Assembly (NCBI GenBank): GCA_963696295.1
Contig: CAVOJR010000001.1
Location: 1,184,001-1,248,000 of the forward strand
Source of the DNA: an uncultured Chlamydiae bacterium
Lineage (GTDB): Bacteria; Chlamydiota; Chlamydiia; Chlamydiales; JAJFMB01
Length of the DNA: 64,000 nt
Direction: 5' to 3'
In this document: piece by piece, positions 59,824 through 64,000 of the stretch
How the letters are laid out: each line of letters begins with the position of its first letter
How positions within the stretch are numbered: the stretch's first letter is position 1
Notes under the pieces: model-generated
What the model was told of the DNA's origin: nothing
The model's input: the letters and a program-made list of their open reading frames with translations, nothing else
Database searches by the model: none
Program-made: the position numbers and the translations under genes

Positions 59824-59904
59824 GGAAAACCCGTTTTTGTTTTATACAATTTTGAAGTTGTTTATGTATACTTTGCCGAAAATCCGGTTTTAAGTAAAAT
59901 CAGA

Positions 59905-60198
59905 ATGATGATCTGTTTCCTCCTTAGCTTATCTCTAACCTTCCTTGAACTGGATAAAGGTCCGCCGGAAAAATATGCCGGAGAGGAAGTCTCTATCCTC
60001 GGCTTTTTAGTCTGCAATGAACAGCAAGAGTGGTTTTTGGCCAGGCAGCCGAATATCAAAAGCTGCTGTATCAGCAAGAGCGGTATTCGCCTGCCCGCAG
60101 AATTTTCCCCGAAGCTGAAGAATCAAATCGTTCGGGTCGCCGGGGTATTGAAGACCGACCCCGGGCTTGTTCTGGAAAATCCCGTTATCGATGAATAA
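59905..60198 (+). CDS. Small exported hypothetical protein (OB-fold-like)
   Basis: Hydrophobic N-terminus; V.ILGFL, PNIKSCC, VRVAGVL. Confidence 0.55.
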   Translation: MMICFLLSLSLTFLELDKGPPEKYAGEEVSILGFLVCNEQQEWFLARQPNIKSCCISKSGIRLPAEFSPKLKNQIVRVAGVLKTDPGLVLENPVIDE

Positions 60199-60928
60199 GT
60201 TCCGCCTGATAGCCCAATTGCGTCTGAAAAAGAGCGGGATCGCCTGTCGTAAATAATCTGTGGGGGCTTTTTACACCGGATAAACCAACGCTCGAGGCAA
60301 TTTTTGCGGCTGCGGAGGCAGAAGCTTCTATAATATCAATATCTTTCCCGAAACTCTCTTTCATCAATGGCAAAATATGGGCAAAATGGGTGCAGGCAAG
60401 CAGCACCGTATCAACTTTATGCCGCGCAAAATACTCATTATATTCTTCTAAATAGGCTTTCGATGCCGCTTCATCCCTTCTTTCAATCGATTGGATCAGC
60501 TCAGGGCAAGCCATGGGAAAAAGGGTCAAATCTGGGGATAATCTATTTTGAATGACAGCAGAGTTAATCGTACCTTTTGTCCCTAATATAGCCACATGGG
60601 AGCTGCTTTCACGCCTTTCAAGCTCCTCTATCAAACTATCGACAACGCTAATGACAGGAAGGCTCGTATAGGACAAAAGCGCCTCATAGGCTAGAGCAGA
60701 GGCCGTAAAGCAGGCGATCACAAGCGCTTTGATGTTTTGCTCCAGCAAAAAGGCCGCATTTTGCAGGCTGTATTGTATGATCTCGCTTTGGCTTTTATCC
60801 CCATAGGGAAAGTGGGCAGTATCAGCTAAATAGTAGATCGTTTCATTAGGGAGAAGGCATTCAATTTGGGAAAATAGCATTAACCCCCCAATCCCAGAAT
60901 CGAACATGCCAATCGGGAGGTTATTCAT
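60185..60928 (-). CDS. murI: Glutamate racemase
   Basis: IGMFDSGIGGL, FPYGDK, IACFTAS and LACTHF (two catalytic Cys). Confidence 0.85.
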   Translation of the reverse strand: MNNLPIGMFDSGIGGLMLFSQIECLLPNETIYYLADTAHFPYGDKSQSEIIQYSLQNAAFLLEQNIKALVIACFTASALAYEALLSYTSLPVISVVDSLIEELERRESSSHVAILGTKGTINSAVIQNRLSPDLTLFPMACPELIQSIERRDEAASKAYLEEYNEYFARHKVDTVLLACTHFAHILPLMKESFGKDIDIIEASASAAAKIASSVGLSGVKSPHRLFTTGDPALFQTQLGYQAELIHR

Positions 60929-60931
60929 CGC

Positions 60932-61615
60932 TTATTCGGGCAGCTTAAGTTTTTGGCCGACAATTATCAAGTCGTTGCTTCCCGTCAAATGATTGATCTC
61001 TTTCAGCTTGGATACCGTCGTATTGTTCTTACGGGCAATTTTTTCAAGGCTGTCTCCCGCTTTTACTTGATAGACTGGCGCGGAGGAGAGAGGATGATAA
61101 TGATCATCCGTCAAAACCGAGACATCTTTGATTTGCAGAGCATCCATCAAGGCCTGCAAGGCCGCCTGCAGGTGTTCGATATTTTGATTTTGAACTTCGA
61201 CCACTTTTTCCAAATGAGTGATCTTCTGCTTTTGCTGCGATACCTCATTGAGATGACTTTTCAAATAATCGATATCTTTCAACGAGGAGCTGGAAGACCC
61301 TTCGAGATTGGCTAATTTCATCTCTACCTGTTCGAGGGCGTCGCGGATTTTCTCCCGATTCACTACGCTGGCATCATTTAGCTGCTTCCACAGGGAATCC
61401 ACGGCAATTTCCTGATTGCCCAGCTTTTCCTGCAACATCCGCATTTCAGTTTCATGATTTGCGGCTTCATACTTGATATCATCGATCAGATTATGAAGTT
61501 CCTCGAAAGCCTGAGGCGAGACATTTTTGTCTTGCCTAATATAGTATTTTTTAGGAGCAGCACCGATGTGGAAAGAAACTCCAAAAATGATGAGAAATGC
61601 AATAAAACGTTTCAT
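60932..61615 (-). CDS. Exported coiled-coil protein with C-terminal LysM domain
   Basis: Signal peptide; YQVKAGDSLEKIARKNNTTV..LKEIN...IIVGQKLKLP. Confidence 0.9.
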   Translation of the reverse strand: MKRFIAFLIIFGVSFHIGAAPKKYYIRQDKNVSPQAFEELHNLIDDIKYEAANHETEMRMLQEKLGNQEIAVDSLWKQLNDASVVNREKIRDALEQVEMKLANLEGSSSSSLKDIDYLKSHLNEVSQQKQKITHLEKVVEVQNQNIEHLQAALQALMDALQIKDVSVLTDDHYHPLSSAPVYQVKAGDSLEKIARKNNTTVSKLKEINHLTGSNDLIIVGQKLKLPE

Positions 61616-61630
61616 CTAAGACTCTCTCAT

Positions 61631-62317
61631 TTATCGTTGATATATTTTAAACTCGGCGCGGCGGTTCAATTTCCAGGCTTCCTCGTTATGGCCGAAAACT
61701 AGAGGTTTTTCCTTGCCATAGGAGATTGTGAATACTTTATTCGGATCAACGCCTTCGTTGACAAGAAGACTGCGGACGGTGTTGCTGCGGCGGGATCCCA
61801 AAGCCAAATTATAAGCTTCTGCCCCACGCTCATCGCAATGCCCTTCAACAAAAATATAGGTACCATTATGTTTCTTCATATAACTGGCGATGCCTCTGAC
61901 GATCTGCAGATTCTCCTGCCCTTTGATCAGATCGCTGTTGTAGGGAAAGTGAATTTGTTTGAAGATTTCCGCTAAATCCGCAATCGTCATCGGGTCCCTG
62001 AACGCTTCGATGCCGGGTACGGAACTGCCTGGATCGCCGGGCGATTCTTTGGCCTGCTGAATGACGGCGCTTGTCATGCTTATTTCGCGCCCAAAATTTT
62101 CATCTTCAAGAGGAATGTAATCATTGGCGTGACACATGAATTCCTCGCGGCTGACAACTTCTTTAGCATCGCCATGTTTACCGCCCAGGCATTGAGCTCC
62201 TCGAGTCACATATCTTCCGGCTGAATTCGCATCATCGCAGATTTCAGAGCGCGTGCGCACACATCCGGTTACCATTATGCAAAGAAAAACCAACTTGCAT
62301 AAGATCACAACTTTCAT
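61631..62317 (-). CDS. pal: Peptidoglycan-associated lipoprotein (OmpA-like domain)
   Basis: Lipobox VTGC; EGHCDERG..AYNLALG.RR, ISYGKE, NRRAEF; downstream of tolB. Confidence 0.93.
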   Translation of the reverse strand: MKVVILCKLVFLCIMVTGCVRTRSEICDDANSAGRYVTRGAQCLGGKHGDAKEVVSREEFMCHANDYIPLEDENFGREISMTSAVIQQAKESPGDPGSSVPGIEAFRDPMTIADLAEIFKQIHFPYNSDLIKGQENLQIVRGIASYMKKHNGTYIFVEGHCDERGAEAYNLALGSRRSNTVRSLLVNEGVDPNKVFTISYGKEKPLVFGHNEEAWKLNRRAEFKIYQR

Positions 62318-62382
62318 AATTACCACCTTTAGTTTATCCCTTGAGTTATATTAACATACCGCACTAAATTTCTGAAATGTTT

Positions 62383-63729
62383 TTATGAATATCTCGGCTC
62401 CCAACTCGGAAACCTTTTTTCCCCATTCCCTGAACTGATTTTCACCGCTTCAGTCTGATTCAAATTGATCATGTAAAGCTCGCCGGCGTCGGCATCGGTA
62501 GAATTATAAACGAGATGGAGGCTATTGGATGCCCAGGAGGGGTTTTCTTTATTGCCAGGCCCTTTCGTCAATTGCACCTCCTCTTTTTTACGGAAGTCGT
62601 AGATCCAAATTTGCCTGACCCCGTCAGTCAAGGCGCAATAGGCGATCTTGGTGCCGTCAGGAGACCAGGCAGGCGCTGTACTTTCGGGATTGTATTTTGT
62701 AAGGAGCTGCGGCTCAACTTTTTTCACACGGTCTGCCGTTTGCGGCATCTCCATGACATAGATGCGGGGCGTCCCATCTTTATTAGATACAAAAGCGATG
62801 CGCTGACCGTCAGGACTAAATGTCGGAGTCCCTTGCGTGGCCAGCGTGCTGGAAAAAATTTGGCAGGCCTTGCCCGTTACCCCCTCCTCAGGCCTGAAGG
62901 GTTGTAAAAACAGGTCGGGATTGCCGGTGGCATCGCTGATGAAAGCCACCCTGTCCCGCAATGGAGAGATGGCAGGCATGAGCTGATTGCCCTTCAAATA
63001 GCATAATCTTTGGGAAATGCCGTCATTCAGGGAGCTGACGTAAATTTTTGGCTGTCCTGTTTTATAAGAGACATAAAAAAAGCTCCCGGCCGCTTTCCCT
63101 TTAAGCGGGGGGACATAGGTCGGCGTCACACAGTAATCGCCCGCTTTTGTGATCTGGCGGGGATTTTCTCCGTCATAATCGGATTCCCATACCTCGGACA
63201 GCCACTCATTTTTACCGGGCCCCTTTGTTCTGACTGTATACAGAATATGCGTGTCCGCTACGCCCGGCTTACCAAACAGCTCTTTGTGTATCACATCGGC
63301 AACGCGATGGATCTGCTGCCTGTCCTGGCTCAACTGCCCTTTTAATACGATTCCATCGATCCCTTTGACCTGCTGGTTATTCGCGGAAAATAAACGGACG
63401 GCTAACGTTTTATCTTTCACTTGAGTTTTGATCAGGTAATAAGCCCCGAGTTCTTTACATAATTTTGGGTACTTTGTCGCGTCGTTCGGCAATTTTGACT
63501 TGGCTATTTGTTTTTTTAGTGTAAAAGTCATGCCGTTATGATTCATATCAAAGGAAAGCACGCTTTCGAGCTTTTTTATATAAGCGGCGTCAAAGCCAGA
63601 CCCGGCATCTTCAAACTCTTCCAGATAAACAGGCAGCAAACGGCTTTCAGTGGCAAGCTGGACGACTATTTGATCTTCGCCTGCAAAGAGCAAGCCGAAA
63701 AACTGACAAAAGATAAATAACTTTTTCAT
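62383..63729 (-). CDS. tolB: Tol-Pal system beta-propeller protein TolB
   Basis: DYDG.N, repeated P.(W/F)SPDG..IAF PD40 units; upstream of pal. Confidence 0.93.
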   Translation of the reverse strand: MKKLFIFCQFFGLLFAGEDQIVVQLATESRLLPVYLEEFEDAGSGFDAAYIKKLESVLSFDMNHNGMTFTLKKQIAKSKLPNDATKYPKLCKELGAYYLIKTQVKDKTLAVRLFSANNQQVKGIDGIVLKGQLSQDRQQIHRVADVIHKELFGKPGVADTHILYTVRTKGPGKNEWLSEVWESDYDGENPRQITKAGDYCVTPTYVPPLKGKAAGSFFYVSYKTGQPKIYVSSLNDGISQRLCYLKGNQLMPAISPLRDRVAFISDATGNPDLFLQPFRPEEGVTGKACQIFSSTLATQGTPTFSPDGQRIAFVSNKDGTPRIYVMEMPQTADRVKKVEPQLLTKYNPESTAPAWSPDGTKIAYCALTDGVRQIWIYDFRKKEEVQLTKGPGNKENPSWASNSLHLVYNSTDADAGELYMINLNQTEAVKISSGNGEKRFPSWEPRYS

Positions 63730-63731
63730 AG

Positions 63732-64000
63732 TTAAAGCTCATTATTTAATGAAATTAAAAAGGTATGCTCCGATTCCCCGCTAAAATTGCTCCCAAAGGC
63801 CGGAAAAGCAAGTCCGGGCACGGCGCTTTCGATATACCTTCTGTTAACTTCGCTTTCTGCTGTAACAATATCAAACTTCTGCACCAGCCCTTTGCGATCC
63901 ACAGTCAGCCTGATCTTGACCATGCCGTATTCCGGCAGGCGCAATAACAATTTCAGTCGGTTGGCAAGCTCATCGCGATAACCCGCTTCATGGCTGTTGA
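63732..64000 (-). CDS. TolA/TonB-like protein, C-terminal part (5' end outside the window)
   Basis: Frame open to the window edge (..YRDELANRLKLLLRLPEYGMVKIRLTVDRKG..); directly upstream of tolB. Confidence 0.65.
   Translation of the reverse strand, partial: NSHEAGYRDELANRLKLLLRLPEYGMVKIRLTVDRKGLVQKFDIVTAESEVNRRYIESAVPGLAFPAFGSNFSGESEHTFLISLNNEL

Noticed and set aside
1..64000. CRISPR arrays, tRNA/rRNA genes, prophage or integrase
   Set aside because: No regularly spaced repeats, RNA gene signatures or phage/integrase motifs were recognised by eye; tRNAscan/Infernal were not run.

Overview
Bacterial chromosomal segment, most consistent with an environmental member of the phylum Chlamydiae. 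This is inferred from the ruvC-ruvA, waaF-UAP-gpsA-nnr and tolB-pal-LysM gene order, a chlamydial-type TrpR operator and a Ser/Thr-rich effector-like gene. GC-richer housekeeping blocks alternate with visibly AT-rich accessory blocks. (1) A >1200-codon effector-like gene is split by a complete IS5-family (IS903-like) element with 17-bp IRs and a 9-bp target duplication. (2) A three-gene cassette encodes an isoprenoid-synthase-like protein, a membrane desaturase/hydroxylase and a PLP gamma-enzyme, and looks like a small-molecule pathway. (3) A surface-polysaccharide locus (wzm/wzt, rmlACDB, sulfotransferase, Wzy-like gene) is interrupted by a decayed rmlA copy and an orphan toxin-tip/immunity-like array. 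(4) A ~9.4 kb island carries ten signal-peptide-bearing glycan-modifying enzymes (GT11, GT10, two NodZ/GT23, GT92, three methyltransferases, SGNH). (5) A TrpR-controlled operon (trpR-permease-trpDCFBA-kynU, no trpEG) is set up for kynurenine salvage to tryptophan. No rRNA, tRNA or CRISPR array was recognised. All family calls are from motif recognition only; no database search was run.
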